DNA from: Dehalococcoidia bacterium
GTDB taxonomy: Bacteria; Chloroflexota; Dehalococcoidia; Lucifugimonadales; Australimonadaceae
DNA: 64,000 nt
Direction of reading: 5' to 3'
Assembly (NCBI GenBank): GCA_965208625.1
Contig: OZ242348.1
Location: forward strand, 1,309,567 to 1,373,566
The notes below the pieces were generated by a model. That model had not been told where the DNA came from and searched no databases. It worked only from the letters and a program-made list of their open reading frames with translations. This document shows positions 1 through 10,403 of the stretch, piece by piece; position 1 is the stretch's first letter, and the number at the start of each line of letters is the position of its first letter. A program made the translations under genes and the position numbers.

Positions 1-719
1 CCCTCACGCCAGGAAGTGTCCTCTTCAGAACCGCCCTCCATGACGCGGCGCTTGTAGATGCCGTACTCGTACTCCGTGAACGCGATCTTCTCGTGGTGCC
101 GGATCGTCTTCTGGCGCTCCGGTTCGTCCCGCATCACAGAGATGAAGTTGGACCAGTAGCCGTGGAGCCACTCCAGGTGCACCGGGTCCAGCGAGTTCTC
201 CTGGCACTGCAGCCAGTTGCACGGCAGCACGGCCAGCCCGATGTCCCTGATGACATCGTCTACCGCGAAGACGTCCCAGTTCGGTACGAGCGGCGCGGGT
301 GTGGGGCCGAGGTAGGCGAACAGCAGTCCGGCCTTCTTTTCGACCGGGTACGCCTTCATCTGGATCTTGTCCTTGAACCGCGCCTCCGGGTCTTCCGTCT
401 CTTCGTACGGCTGCTCCGTGCACTGGCCCGTCTCGTCATAGAGCCAGCCGTGGTACGGACAGCGCAGACCGTGCTCCTCGGGGATGCCGTAGATCATGTT
501 CATGCGCCGGTGGGCGCAGTGCGGCTCCATGAGGCCGAATGTTCCGGAGCGGTCCTTGTAGAGGATGAGGTCCTCGCCGAGGAGGCGCACCTTCATCGTC
601 CACTTGTCATTCATCTGGGAGACGGCGGCGATGGGGTGCCAGTAGCGGCGCATCAACTCGCCGGTGGGCGTGCCGGGGCCGACTCGGGTGTAGCGGTCGT
701 TTGCTTCCTGCGTCAGCAT
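1..719 (-). CDS. Rieske non-heme iron oxygenase alpha subunit (phthalate 4,5-dioxygenase-like), 3' end outside the window
   Basis: Not in the ORF track. Read manually from ATG at 719 (AGGAGG RBS): MLTQEANDRYTRVGPGTPTGELMRRYWHP, Rieske motif CAH...CPYH, mononuclear Fe motif ENSLDPVHLEWLH. Confidence 0.9.
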   Translation of the reverse strand, partial: MLTQEANDRYTRVGPGTPTGELMRRYWHPIAAVSQMNDKWTMKVRLLGEDLILYKDRSGTFGLMEPHCAHRRMNMIYGIPEEHGLRCPYHGWLYDETGQCTEQPYEETEDPEARFKDKIQMKAYPVEKKAGLLFAYLGPTPAPLVPNWDVFAVDDVIRDIGLAVLPCNWLQCQENSLDPVHLEWLHGYWSNFISVMRDEPERQKTIRHHEKIAFTEYEYGIYKRRVMEGGSEEDTSWRE

Positions 720-791
720 CGCATCCTCCTTCTATCCTTCTACCTCGTCTCGATTATCGGGCGCATCATACAGCCGCCCCAGTTCGTGCCG

Positions 792-2159
792 CTAGCGTCG
801 GTACGACGGCGAACTGGGGAGCGTCCGCTCCTCGAACGCGCGCTGGACGTCAGCGAGCTTGCGGGGGAACTCCGTCGTCCGACAGTTGTGCCACTCGTCG
901 AGTTCCGCCTCCCAGTCCGCACCTGGCGGCAGCACCGTCGCGCACGAGCGCACGGTGTACTGCTCCGGATGCTCCGACGCGGGCGGCGGCGTGCCGTCCT
1001 CGCGCAACTGTGTCGCTGCCCGCAGCAGCATGCGCCGGGCGCGGATGATACTCACGTCCGTCGTCCCCAAGTGCTCGCGAGTCCTGTCCATGATCGGACC
1101 CATGCTGTGGATGACCGCCGAGTCCTGCAGCCGCACGGTGGGTATGCCTGTCGCGTTGCGCTGTTTCGCCGTCTGGTCCATCAGGAAGTCGCTGTCCGGC
1201 GCGGCCTGCGGCCACCACTTCGCGAAGAAGCGCCCGTGCTGCTCCGGTTTCATCGGCCCGACGCCCGGCACGAGCGTCCCCGGCTCCTCCGGCAACGCCG
1301 AGTGCGGCTTGCCATTGCCCGGCATCTCTCCCGCGGGTTTCCACCAGATGCCCATGTGGACGGTGTGGTAGTCGTCCACCGGCAGGTAGATGGAGAGCGG
1401 CACGACACCGTCCTGCGCAGGGAACATCCCGTAGATGGGGAAGATGAACTGCGTAGTGCGCCAGTAGACGTTGCCGTCCAATTCGTAGCGCTCCGCGCCG
1501 TAGGTGAAGCCGTAGGGCTTCTCGGATATGTGGAAGTTCGCGCGCTGATCGTTGTGGTAGAGGCCGTAGCGCGGCGAGTCGTCCACGTTCAGCCGGCGAT
1601 GCAGGAAGTAGACATGCGTGGAGTCCAGTTCGCCTTCGAGCGCCTGCATCCAGTTGCACTCGTACACGATCTTCTGCGCGTAGCTCACGTTCTCCGGCGG
1701 TATCTGTCCCCACTCGAACAGCGGGATGCCGGGCGGATCATCCTGGTTGGGGCCCATGTAGATCCACGTGACGCCCCCATAGTCCGCGCCCTTGTACGCC
1801 GTTATCCGCACCTTCTGCTTGAAGACGCTCTCAGCGGGCTCGTTCGGCATATCGACGCATTGACCGTCGGCGCCGAACTTCCAGCCGTGGTAGGCGCAGC
1901 GCAGGCCCTCTTCCTCGGTGCGGCCGTAGAAGAAGCCCGCGCCCCGGTGCGGGCAGTTCGCCTGCGTGAACGCGGGCGTCCCATCCAGCGTTCGCCAGAT
2001 GACGAGGTCCTCGCCCAGCACGCGCACGCGCTGCGGCTGCCCTTCCGCTTCGTACTCCCACGAATAGCCGACCGGCAGCCAGTACTGGCGCATCAGGTCG
2101 CCCATCGGCGTGCCGCGGCCTACGCGGCAGAGCAGGTCCGTGTTCTCAGCAGAGAGCAT
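792..2159 (-). CDS. Rieske oxygenase alpha subunit (phthalate 4,5-dioxygenase/PobA-like)
   Basis: Start re-picked at MLSAENTDLL with GGAGG RBS. Motifs CPH...CAYH, EGELDSTHVYFLH and C-terminal QD...EHLGTTD. Confidence 0.9.
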   Translation of the reverse strand: MLSAENTDLLCRVGRGTPMGDLMRQYWLPVGYSWEYEAEGQPQRVRVLGEDLVIWRTLDGTPAFTQANCPHRGAGFFYGRTEEEGLRCAYHGWKFGADGQCVDMPNEPAESVFKQKVRITAYKGADYGGVTWIYMGPNQDDPPGIPLFEWGQIPPENVSYAQKIVYECNWMQALEGELDSTHVYFLHRRLNVDDSPRYGLYHNDQRANFHISEKPYGFTYGAERYELDGNVYWRTTQFIFPIYGMFPAQDGVVPLSIYLPVDDYHTVHMGIWWKPAGEMPGNGKPHSALPEEPGTLVPGVGPMKPEQHGRFFAKWWPQAAPDSDFLMDQTAKQRNATGIPTVRLQDSAVIHSMGPIMDRTREHLGTTDVSIIRARRMLLRAATQLREDGTPPPASEHPEQYTVRSCATVLPPGADWEAELDEWHNCRTTEFPRKLADVQRAFEERTLPSSPSYRR

Positions 2160-2315
2160 GCCGTCCTCCCGTAACGCCCAGCGAGGCGTTGTGCACTCGG
2201 AATCATCCTGCAGGTGCAGCATACGACATAGCGCAAGTCCCCGCACCGAACGATGCGCACGGATGCACGTACTGGCGTATAGTCGCACGCGAGACAACGC
2301 CGGAGGAGCAGCAGC

Positions 2316-3101
2316 ATGGAGATCACCGGGAACGTCCTGCAGAGCGGTATGCGACTCTGGTACGCGCGGCCTGACGACACGACCGAACCACGCCCCCTCA
2401 TGGTGATGCTCCACGAGCGCTACGGCCCCGTCGAACAGAGCTGGAACGTCATCCGGCGCATGGCCAGCTACGGCTACGTCGCCTGCCTCTCCGACCTCTT
2501 CCACCGCTACGAGGGCGACCGCGGCCCCCTCGAACGCTCAGAGGCCCGATGCGACCCCACCGATGAGCAGACGGTGATCGACATCGACGAGTCCATCGCA
2601 TTCATGCGCGGCCTCGACTTCGTGGACGGAAGCAACATCGGCCTCGTCGGCTTCTGCCAGAGCGGACGCACCCCAATGGTTTACTCGGCAGCAGGACGCG
2701 ACGTTGGCGCTCTCGGGGTGTTCCACGGTGGCATATACCCCCGCGACTACGAACCCATCTTCGAGGGTCAGGAGCCCATCGCTGACGTGCTCCCCCGCGT
2801 CACCGCGCCGATCCTTGCAGGCTTCGCCGAGCACGACCAGCTCGTGCCTATGGAGAACGTCCGGCGCTTCCGGGGCGAACTGGAGTCGCTCGGTAAACGC
2901 GCGAGCGTCCGCGTCTTCAGCGGCATCGGCCACGGGTGGTTCAACGTCACACGCCCCAAGGACTACAACGAGGCGGCGAGCAACGAGTCGTGGGACATGA
3001 TGGCCGCCTTCGCCGCCAACGCTTTCGCGGGCGCGCTCGGCGATGCCCCGAAGGTCGAGTTCAACGCGGACGCTTCGATCCCGTTCGACTTCTCGGTCTA
3101 A
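2316..3101 (+). CDS. Dienelactone hydrolase family protein
   Basis: HERYG, nucleophile GFCQSG, and Asp/His (EHD, GHGWFN). Divergent from the two Rieske genes. Confidence 0.85.
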   Translation: MEITGNVLQSGMRLWYARPDDTTEPRPLMVMLHERYGPVEQSWNVIRRMASYGYVACLSDLFHRYEGDRGPLERSEARCDPTDEQTVIDIDESIAFMRGLDFVDGSNIGLVGFCQSGRTPMVYSAAGRDVGALGVFHGGIYPRDYEPIFEGQEPIADVLPRVTAPILAGFAEHDQLVPMENVRRFRGELESLGKRASVRVFSGIGHGWFNVTRPKDYNEAASNESWDMMAAFAANAFAGALGDAPKVEFNADASIPFDFSV

Positions 3102-3149
3102 CGCGTTGGGAGGTAGGCAAAATCGCTATGGCTTAGCGTTAGGTGTCTC

Positions 3150-3932
3150 TCACAGTTTTCTGACAGGTAGACAGTCCAACAACATATTTGTCCTGTTGTC
3201 TGCCACACATACTACGAGGTCAGACAAGTCGTACTCTTCTGCGGTTAACCTGGTCCAGACTCTGAGAACACCGTCCTCGTAACGGTACAGTATTGCACGC
3301 CTCAGGGCCCGTTGTGATTCGAAGTTTCCTTCGGGTGTCGGGTAGACGCCGCCCAGATGATCTCTGCCACTGAACAGATGCACATTGCTTGTCCATGAAT
3401 ACACGTTCGCAGTGCCTCCGGTACTACTGAACCTGTCGCTGATGAAGTCGTCCAGCAGGTAGACGTTCTGTTCGTGTATCGCAACCGCCACTTTGAGCGT
3501 CCTCTGGGAGTCCAGGGTAGGTTCTGATACCCACACGAGATTAGTAGGGGAGATGGTCGGCGTGGGCCTGGGTGTCGCTGTTGCGGTCGGAGTTGCCGTA
3601 GGCCGTGGCGTGGGAGTAGCAGTGGGGCTCGGCCTGGGTGTGGAAGTAGGCCTGGGGGTCGCTGTTGGCGTTGGCGTGGGCGTCGCAGTTGGAGCAGGCG
3701 TCGCTGTCGGCGTAGGTGTGGCGGTGGCTGTTGGAGCAGGCGTCGCCGTTGGCGTAGGCGTAGGCGTAGCAGTTGGAACAGCGGTCGCCTTTGGCGTGGG
3801 TGTGGGCGTTGCCGCTGGCACAGGAGTCGCCGTTGGTACGGGTGTTGCCGTAGGAGTAGGCGTCGGGCTGGAACAGGCTGCAACTAAAGCGATGGACAGC
3901 AGGACAGGAACGAGAGACAACGAACGGGTCAT
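3150..3932 (-). CDS. Lipoprotein with long Pro/Thr/Ala linker and unknown C-terminal domain
   Basis: Signal peptide with lipobox VAAC, about 105 aa of TPTPTA repeats. DNA visibly more AT-rich than the neighbours. Confidence 0.7.
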   Translation of the reverse strand: MTRSLSLVPVLLSIALVAACSSPTPTPTATPVPTATPVPAATPTPTPKATAVPTATPTPTPTATPAPTATATPTPTATPAPTATPTPTPTATPRPTSTPRPSPTATPTPRPTATPTATATPRPTPTISPTNLVWVSEPTLDSQRTLKVAVAIHEQNVYLLDDFISDRFSSTGGTANVYSWTSNVHLFSGRDHLGGVYPTPEGNFESQRALRRAILYRYEDGVLRVWTRLTAEEYDLSDLVVCVADNRTNMLLDCLPVRKL

Positions 3933-4018
3933 ACCTTCACCTGGGCGGGGATTTTGGATAAAGAGTGGGCGCCAGGCTCAGGCTGGCGCCCACCCATCGC
4001 GAGTCTTGCGGAGTGTCT

Positions 4019-4936
4019 CTACACCTTGGCCCGGACCCCCGCCGCGAGCTCCGCGCTTTCGGAGACGGCAGTGCCGTCCGGGTCCTCCCACGCGATCTGG
4101 CCGCCGAGGCCGTGCTCGATGTTCCACGTGACGACGTCGAAACACTTGCCCGTCACCTCGGTCGCCGCGTTCTGCTTCGCGAGGAAGAGCGCCAGAGGCA
4201 CCATGTGGTCTGCCCGAAGCGGCAGCGGCGCGTTCGGGTTGCCCATGCCCATCTCGCGGCGCGCGATGTTCTGCTCGTCGAAGCCGGTCGTGCGCGTGTG
4301 GCCGGGGATCATCAGGTTCACGGCCACGTTGTCGCTGCGAATCTCGTCCGCCAGGTAGAACATCATCGTGAGCAGCGCGGCCTTCGTAGACTGGTACGGC
4401 ATCTCGCGGCTGTTCGGACGGAACGCCTTGTAGGCGCCACCGTACGAGTGGTGCAGCGCGCCGCTGCTGATGATGGAGATGACGCTGCCGGAGCGCTGCT
4501 GGATCATCGGCTGGATGAAGCGCCGCGTGACCTTGAGCGCGCCGAACACGTTGACGCCGAACGCCCGCTCCCAGTCCTCGTCGCTCGTCTCCAGCGTCGT
4601 GATGCGCCCTGTCGGCGGGAAGAGGATGCGCTGCCGCATGGCGGCGTCGTTGATGACCACGTCGCACGTGCCCCACTTCGCCAATGTCTCCTCGTACGCC
4701 GCGTCGATCTGCGCGCCGTCCGCAACGTCCACTGTCGCCACGAGCACGTCGTCAGGGCGGCCGCGCAGGCTGTCCAGGAACTCGGTGTCCCTGTCGCTGG
4801 AGAAGCCCGACGGCTCCCAGGACAGGTCCATCGCCACCACCTTTGCGCCTTCCGCCAGGAATGCCTGCGTGAACGCCCGGCCCATCCCTCGCGCCGCTCC
4901 GGTTATCGCTACGACTTTGCCAGCAAGTTCGCTCAT
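4019..4936 (-). CDS. Short-chain dehydrogenase/reductase
   Basis: Start [11 protein letters not shown] (GAGGAG RBS). [13 protein letters not shown] and YQSTK catalytic motif. Confidence 0.9.
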   Translation of the reverse strand: MSELAGKVVAITGAARGMGRAFTQAFLAEGAKVVAMDLSWEPSGFSSDRDTEFLDSLRGRPDDVLVATVDVADGAQIDAAYEETLAKWGTCDVVINDAAMRQRILFPPTGRITTLETSDEDWERAFGVNVFGALKVTRRFIQPMIQQRSGSVISIISSGALHHSYGGAYKAFRPNSREMPYQSTKAALLTMMFYLADEIRSDNVAVNLMIPGHTRTTGFDEQNIARREMGMGNPNAPLPLRADHMVPLALFLAKQNAATEVTGKCFDVVTWNIEHGLGGQIAWEDPDGTAVSESAELAAGVRAKV

Positions 4937-5074
4937 CTCTTCACTCCTCGGATACCGCCCCAATACGCGCGCCGGGCGGAAGATGCGCCAATCATACTCC
5001 GCCAGCCGATGGGACGCTCGCCCCGCGTGTCCGATAATGGTACGAGTGGGCACACCGCCCGCAGGCGGTTGGAC

Positions 5075-5830
5075 GTGAAGATACTGGGTAAACGCATCGG
5101 GCTCGGGAACGGCACCGCGGCGGACGTTGCCCGCTTCCTGCGAGGGCCGGACCGCCGCAGGCGCGAGCTCCGGCAGGCCGCAAGCGTCTTCCGCGAGATG
5201 ATCGGCGGCTTCCGCGCACTCCACTTCGTCGGCCCATGCGTCACCGTGTTCGGCTCCGCCCGCACGCCGGAGGACAGTCCGTACTACCGCATGGGCATGG
5301 AGGTGGGCGGCGCGCTGGCGGACGCCGGGTTCACCGTGATGACCGGCGGCGGCCCCGGCATCATGGAAGCGGCGAGCAGGGGCGCGAAGGAGGCCGGTGG
5401 GCGCACCGTCGGCTGCACGATCCGCATCGACGAGGAAGAGCAGGCCAACGCCTACCTGGACACCTGCAAGGAGTTCAACTACTTCTTCGTCCGCAAGGTG
5501 ATGCTGGTCAAGTACTCGTACGGCTTCATCGTCATGCCCGGCGGCTACGGCACCCTCGACGAGGTCTTCGAGACCGCGACCCTCGTGCAGACCCGGAAGA
5601 TCGAGGACTTCCCCGTCGTCCTGATGGGTACGGACTTCTGGAAGCCGATGCTCGGGTTCATGGAGGAGACGCTCGTCGCCCAGAATATGATCGACCCCGA
5701 AGACTTCGCTGCCATCACCGTCACCGACGATGCGCAGGAAGCTGCGACGCTCATCCGCAACGCCGCCGTCCGGCGTCACGGCCCACGCTTCACCGACGTC
5801 CTCCACCGCAATCGCCTGCTACTGGAGTAG
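5075..5830 (+). CDS. LOG family (TIGR00730) nucleotide phosphoribohydrolase
   Basis: VTVFGSAR, TGGGPGIMEA, FFVRK and PGGYGTLDE motifs. The GTG start is approximate. Confidence 0.85.
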   Translation: MKILGKRIGLGNGTAADVARFLRGPDRRRRELRQAASVFREMIGGFRALHFVGPCVTVFGSARTPEDSPYYRMGMEVGGALADAGFTVMTGGGPGIMEAASRGAKEAGGRTVGCTIRIDEEEQANAYLDTCKEFNYFFVRKVMLVKYSYGFIVMPGGYGTLDEVFETATLVQTRKIEDFPVVLMGTDFWKPMLGFMEETLVAQNMIDPEDFAAITVTDDAQEAATLIRNAAVRRHGPRFTDVLHRNRLLLE

Positions 5831-5849
5831 CGAACGCCAGCCGCGCTGC

Positions 5850-6995
5850 CTACGCGGGCAGGTAGCTCGGGAAGCCGTACAGCGCGACGCAGTTGTCGTG
5901 CACGATCTTCCGCATGTCCTCCTGCGCCTCCGGCCCGGCGAAATCGCGCTCGATGAACTCGCGGGACTTCGGCCACGTGGACGCCGCGTGTGGGTAGTCC
6001 GACGACCACATCACACGGTCGACGCCGATGTCTCCCCGGTACCGGATCCCCACCTCGTCGTCGATGTAGGTGACGTACACCTGGCGGGCGAAGTACTCCG
6101 TCGGCTTCATGCTGAGCGGCGTCGAGAATCCGCCACGCCTGCTCGAACCGGTCCCCACCGTGCCGTTGATCCGGCCGAGCCAGAACGGCACCCAGCCGAC
6201 GCCGTACTCGGCGGAGATGACGTTGAGCGTGGGGAACCGCTCCAGCACGCCTGAGGCGATGATGACCGCGATCGACTTCTGCACCTCGTGCGCCGCGATG
6301 ATCGGCCGCAGCACGCGGTTCTCGCGCCCGAACTCATACCGGGGCCGCTCCATGCCCGTCGGCGGGTGGAGGCTGAGGGGCATGCCCAACTCCTCCGCCT
6401 TGCTCCAGAAGACGTCGTACGTGTCCAGGTGGTACGGCTGGTCCTCGGGCGGCGACGCCCAGATCATCGCGCCGCTCAGGCCCATCTTCGCGCAGCGTTC
6501 GAGTTCCTCTGCGCCGAGCTTGGGGTCGTACAGCGATATCAGCGCCAGCCCCTTCAGCCGGTCGGGCGCGTAGCTGCAGTACTCGGCCAGCCAGTCGTTG
6601 TAGACGCGGAAGCACTCGCGCTGCAGAGCCGGGTCCAGCAGCCAGAAGAGCCGGAAGCCGAGCGTCGTGTACAGCACCTCGGCGGCGACGCCGTCGACGG
6701 CCATATCCTTCAGCCGCTCGGCCGGGTCCCACCCGCCGGGACGAGCATCCGCGTAGCCGCCGGTCTTCATGAATTCGACCTTCTCTTCGGCGGTGCGGCT
6801 CTGGCCCCCCGCGACCCCGACGGCGAGGTCATGCGGCTGGTAACCCTCGTAGACCCACCACGCTCCCGGTACGCCGTTGTACTCGTCCTCGACGTGCGGC
6901 GCCCTGTCGCGGAACTTTGCGTCCATCCGCGTTGTCCACAGGTCCAACGGCTCGCTCATGTGTGAGTCCGACGATATGTACCACGCATCTGCCAT
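5850..6995 (-). CDS. Amidohydrolase family 2 protein
   Basis: ISSDSH, WDPAERLKDM, LSLHP, WSSDYPH. Start MADAW with AGGA RBS. Confidence 0.9.
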   Translation of the reverse strand: MADAWYISSDSHMSEPLDLWTTRMDAKFRDRAPHVEDEYNGVPGAWWVYEGYQPHDLAVGVAGGQSRTAEEKVEFMKTGGYADARPGGWDPAERLKDMAVDGVAAEVLYTTLGFRLFWLLDPALQRECFRVYNDWLAEYCSYAPDRLKGLALISLYDPKLGAEELERCAKMGLSGAMIWASPPEDQPYHLDTYDVFWSKAEELGMPLSLHPPTGMERPRYEFGRENRVLRPIIAAHEVQKSIAVIIASGVLERFPTLNVISAEYGVGWVPFWLGRINGTVGTGSSRRGGFSTPLSMKPTEYFARQVYVTYIDDEVGIRYRGDIGVDRVMWSSDYPHAASTWPKSREFIERDFAGPEAQEDMRKIVHDNCVALYGFPSYLPA

Positions 6996-7075
6996 CGGTT
7001 TCCTCCCCGCTCCTTTTGAACGCACTATCTCCCCGCCTGCGCTCTCCGTCAATCCTGACATGAACCGTGCCTTGT

Positions 7076-7203
7076 CCCCTCTTCCTACAAGGGGAGAGGG
7101 TTAGGGAGAGGGTACCCCGGGGCGGGGATGCGGCGTGGCTCGAGGGCGAGGTTGCGCTGTGCCTGCTCCCTTCTCCCACTGGGAGAGGGGCCGGGGGTGA
7201 GGG
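7076..7203. repeat. Two REP-like palindromic elements (CCCCTCTCCC..GGGAGAGGG-TTAGGG-GAGGG class)
   Basis: 7076-7112 cccctcttcctacaaggggagagggttagggagaggg and 7168-7203 cccttctcccactgggagaggggccgggggtgaggg, both intergenic. A related copy lies at 25018-25050. Confidence 0.6.
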
Positions 7204-7343
7204 TTGGCGGGAATGACGGGACCCCGTCAACTTGCACCCGCCTGCCATCTGATTGACAATCCGCACTGACTGTAGGAAAACGCCAACCGTCCCCGGTATG
7301 GGAGCGTTCTCGTAAGAAACGAGCGCGGCACAGGAGGACTGCA

Positions 7344-8729
7344 ATGGTCTCGATCATCAGTTCACGCGGCGACCGGTCGCTTCGCAGCCTGGTGAACCTC
7401 GACGAGGGGCTCATCGCCAGAGAGATCTACGTCAACGCGGCGATCTACCAGCAGGAGCTGGAACAGATATTCGCCCGCGCGTGGCTCTTCCTCGGACACG
7501 AGAGCCAGGTGCCCAACCCCGGCGATTTCGTCATCTCCCGCATGGGCGAGGAGGAGATCATCGTCACGCGCGACAGGAAGAACGTTATCCACGCGTTCCT
7601 CAACACCTGCCGCCACCGCGGCATGAAGGTCTGCCGCTATGACGACGGCAACACCCTCGTCTTCACCTGCCCCTTCCACGGCTGGTCGTACGACACCGAC
7701 GGCAGGCTCGTCGGCGTCCCGCACCACAAGCAGGCCTACAACGAGGAGCTCGACAAGGGTAAATGGGGACTGCACGAGGTCGCCCAGCTTGCCAACTACT
7801 ACGGCTCGCTCTGGGCGACGTGGGACCCCAAGGCCCCGTCGTTCGAGGACTACCTCGGCGTCTACGCCCCCACCATCAAGTGGTGCTTCGAGAGCTCCGG
7901 CGGCGAGGACAACGGCGTCGAGCTCTTCAACCCCGCCACCAAGTGGTACATCCCCACCAACTGGAAGTTCCCCGGCTTCTCGTTCGACGGCGACAGCGCC
8001 CATGGCGCGATGACGCACCGCTCCGTGAACGTCGCCGCCATCGGCCCGCAGGGCGATCTGCAGGGCGGCAGCCGCAGCGGCATGAGGGCGCCCTTCCCGT
8101 CCACCTCCTACGAGATGCAGCTGCCCGAGCTCGGCCACGGCGGACACAACTTCATGTTCGAGCAGCCCGGCACGGCCGAGTACATGGACACCTGGCAGAC
8201 CGAGCCGCCCGAGGTCGACGCCTACTACCGCGCGCAGCGTGAGAAGAAGCAGGCGCGTTACAAGGACACCTACCTGCATGCGGGCAACGGCGGCACCGCC
8301 CTCGTCTGGCCGAACGTCAACATCCAGCCGCACCGCATCCTCATCTGGCACCCGCACGGCGTCGGCGTTACCGAGTCCTGGCGGCAGTATCCCGTCGACA
8401 AGGACGCCCCCAAGGTCGTGAAGGACGCCCAGCGGCGCTACATGATGCGCTACGGCGGCCCCACCGGGCTCACCGAGTCCGACGACATGGAGAACTGGAA
8501 CTACGCCTTCCCCGCAAGCCTCGGCACCATCGCCCAGCGCCTCCCCTACAACTTCCAGATGGGCCTCGGCCACGACTTCACGGACGAGCGCTTCCCCGGC
8601 ATGACCTTCACCTTCCGCATCGCCGAGGCGAACCAGCGCGCACGCCTGCGCCGCTGGATCGAGTTCATGGAAGCCTCCAGCTGGGACGACATCTACCCCG
8701 TCCACCCCAAGAAGAACACGGAGCGCTAA
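7344..8729 (+). CDS. Aromatic ring-hydroxylating dioxygenase alpha subunit (HcaE/BphA-like)
   Basis: CRHRG...CPFHGW Rieske motif, NWK...DSAHGAMTH, ESDDMENW. Confidence 0.92.
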   Translation: MVSIISSRGDRSLRSLVNLDEGLIAREIYVNAAIYQQELEQIFARAWLFLGHESQVPNPGDFVISRMGEEEIIVTRDRKNVIHAFLNTCRHRGMKVCRYDDGNTLVFTCPFHGWSYDTDGRLVGVPHHKQAYNEELDKGKWGLHEVAQLANYYGSLWATWDPKAPSFEDYLGVYAPTIKWCFESSGGEDNGVELFNPATKWYIPTNWKFPGFSFDGDSAHGAMTHRSVNVAAIGPQGDLQGGSRSGMRAPFPSTSYEMQLPELGHGGHNFMFEQPGTAEYMDTWQTEPPEVDAYYRAQREKKQARYKDTYLHAGNGGTALVWPNVNIQPHRILIWHPHGVGVTESWRQYPVDKDAPKVVKDAQRRYMMRYGGPTGLTESDDMENWNYAFPASLGTIAQRLPYNFQMGLGHDFTDERFPGMTFTFRIAEANQRARLRRWIEFMEASSWDDIYPVHPKKNTER

Positions 8730-8753
8730 CCCTAAGAAGCACCGGGAGACACC

Positions 8754-9419
8754 GTGTACTCAGCCTCATCGAACAACAGGATCGTCGGGTTCGGCTTCAT
8801 CGCGCTGGGCGTGCTGTTCCTGCTGCCGCTCGTCAGCGGCTTCGAGTTCTCCTTCAGCGACTGGTGGCCCCTCTTCCTCATCCTCATGGGGTTCGGCAGC
8901 CTCTCCAAGGGGAGCACGAAGGGCGGCCTCATCGCCATCGCCATCGGGGTCGTGTTCCTGCTGAGCAACCTGAACATCCTGAGCATCAGCTTCTGGCTGC
9001 TCTGGCCGGTCGCGCTCATCGCCATCGGCCTGGCCATCCTCTTCGGCCACTCCCGCTCCCGCCAGGCCGCGAACGACGCTGCACCTGCGGGCGACGACCT
9101 CGCCGTCACTGCCCTCTTCTCGGGCAGCGAACAGCGCATCGACAGCCAGCGCTTCAACGGCGGCAACGTCTCGGTCACCTTCGGCGGCGCGGAGATAGAC
9201 CTGCGCGGCGCGGCGATGGACGGAGACGCGGCCACCATCAACGTCAACGCGGTCTTCGGCGGCGTCAAGCTCCAGGTCCCGACCGACTGGGCCATCCACG
9301 TCCGCGCCGATTCGACGTTCGGCGGCGTCGAGAAGAAGCGCCCTGACCCCGCCGAACCCAAAGCCACTCTCACCATCACCGGCTCATGCCTCTTCGGCGG
9401 CATCGAGATCACGTCCTGA
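8754..9419 (+). CDS. LiaF/DUF2154-like membrane protein (cell-wall-active antibiotic response family)
   Basis: Four N-terminal TM helices with WPL/WPV motifs, then FGG-repeat beta domain (FGGAEIDLR, FGGVKLQVP, FGGIEI). Confidence 0.75.
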   Translation: MYSASSNNRIVGFGFIALGVLFLLPLVSGFEFSFSDWWPLFLILMGFGSLSKGSTKGGLIAIAIGVVFLLSNLNILSISFWLLWPVALIAIGLAILFGHSRSRQAANDAAPAGDDLAVTALFSGSEQRIDSQRFNGGNVSVTFGGAEIDLRGAAMDGDAATINVNAVFGGVKLQVPTDWAIHVRADSTFGGVEKKRPDPAEPKATLTITGSCLFGGIEITS

Positions 9420-9438
9420 ACCGGACAGGAGGAACGCC

Positions 9439-10290
9439 ATGACGACCGGACGACCGGACCAGAAGGGCGAAGAGCTCATCAACGTCAACAACACCGTCAT
9501 CCTCACCAACCTGCCCATCGGGCAGCAGATGAAGCTCCGCGACGGCTCCACCGCCGAGGTCACCGCCAACCCGCGCGACGGCGGCTGGGTGCGCGCCCGC
9601 TTCCTCGAATCGACCACCAACCCCGCCCTCGTCGGGAACGAGGAGATGGTCTTCGCCACCGACGTCACCGGCCTCATCGACACCGCCGGCCTGACGCCAT
9701 TCGCCCCCGCCGACACCGGCCCCGAGCGCGCTGTCGGCCTCGCCCGGCCCGTCACGATAACGACGCCGGAGCAGAGCCTCGAACGCCTCCTCTTCGAGCG
9801 CGAGATCGAGCGCTTCCTCTACCGCGAGGCCGAGCTCCTCGACGACCGCCGCTATAACGACTGGATCGAGCTCGTCGCCGAGGACATCCACTACCACATG
9901 CCCGTCCGCCGCAACGTCAAGTTCGGCGAGCAGCACCGCGAGAACACCGACCCCGAGTCCGAGATATCGTGGTTCGACGAGGGCAAGCGCACGCTCGCGG
10001 GCCGTGTCCGCCAGATCAACACCGGCCTTCACTGGGCTGAGGAGCCGTTCTCCCGCATCCGACACGTCATCAGCAACATCCAGGTCGGCGAACTGCAGGG
10101 CGACGAGGTCCCCGTCCGCAGCAACTTCTTCGTCTGGTCCAACCGCCTGCACGACGAGGTCAACGTCTTCGTCGGCACCCGACACGACGTGCTCCGCCGC
10201 GACTCCGACACCGGCTGGAAGATCGCCCGCCGCCTCATCCTGCTGGACCAGAACGTCCTCCTCTCCAAGGTCATCACGACCTTCTTCTAG
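9439..10290 (+). CDS. Ring-hydroxylating dioxygenase beta subunit with extra N-terminal domain
   Basis: C-terminal about 170 aa: FLYREAELLDDRRY, WAEEPFSR, LDQNVLLSKVITTFF. About 110 aa N-terminal extension. Confidence 0.88.
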   Translation: MTTGRPDQKGEELINVNNTVILTNLPIGQQMKLRDGSTAEVTANPRDGGWVRARFLESTTNPALVGNEEMVFATDVTGLIDTAGLTPFAPADTGPERAVGLARPVTITTPEQSLERLLFEREIERFLYREAELLDDRRYNDWIELVAEDIHYHMPVRRNVKFGEQHRENTDPESEISWFDEGKRTLAGRVRQINTGLHWAEEPFSRIRHVISNIQVGELQGDEVPVRSNFFVWSNRLHDEVNVFVGTRHDVLRRDSDTGWKIARRLILLDQNVLLSKVITTFF

Positions 10291-10300
10291 GAGCCTTTAC

Positions 10301-10327
10301 CGTCATTCCCGCGAAGGCGGGAATCCA
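10301..10327. repeat. REP-like palindrome CGTCATTCCCGCGAAGGCGGGAATCCA
   Basis: Hairpin TTCCCGC-GAAG-GCGGGAA immediately after the beta-subunit stop. Same family at 10732, 10806 and 13829. Confidence 0.7.
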
Positions 10328-10403
10328 CCCCCTGGAGGGACAAGTCCATGACCAGCCTCCGCATCCACAAACCCTCTCCCGTCCATAGGTAGGAGCAAGG
10401 CGA

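Noticed and set aside
93-2174. Long antisense or alternative-frame ORFs (e.g. 93-2174 +, 19859-21598 +, 38162-40174 +, 41120-42541 -)
   Set aside because: Shadow ORFs opposite motif-bearing genes, expected in high-GC DNA. They have no motifs or RBS.
3540-3870. DNA tandem repeat or VNTR (also GVAVG-type antisense ORFs)
   Set aside because: Explained by the Pro/Thr/Ala linker codons, with synonymous variation between units.
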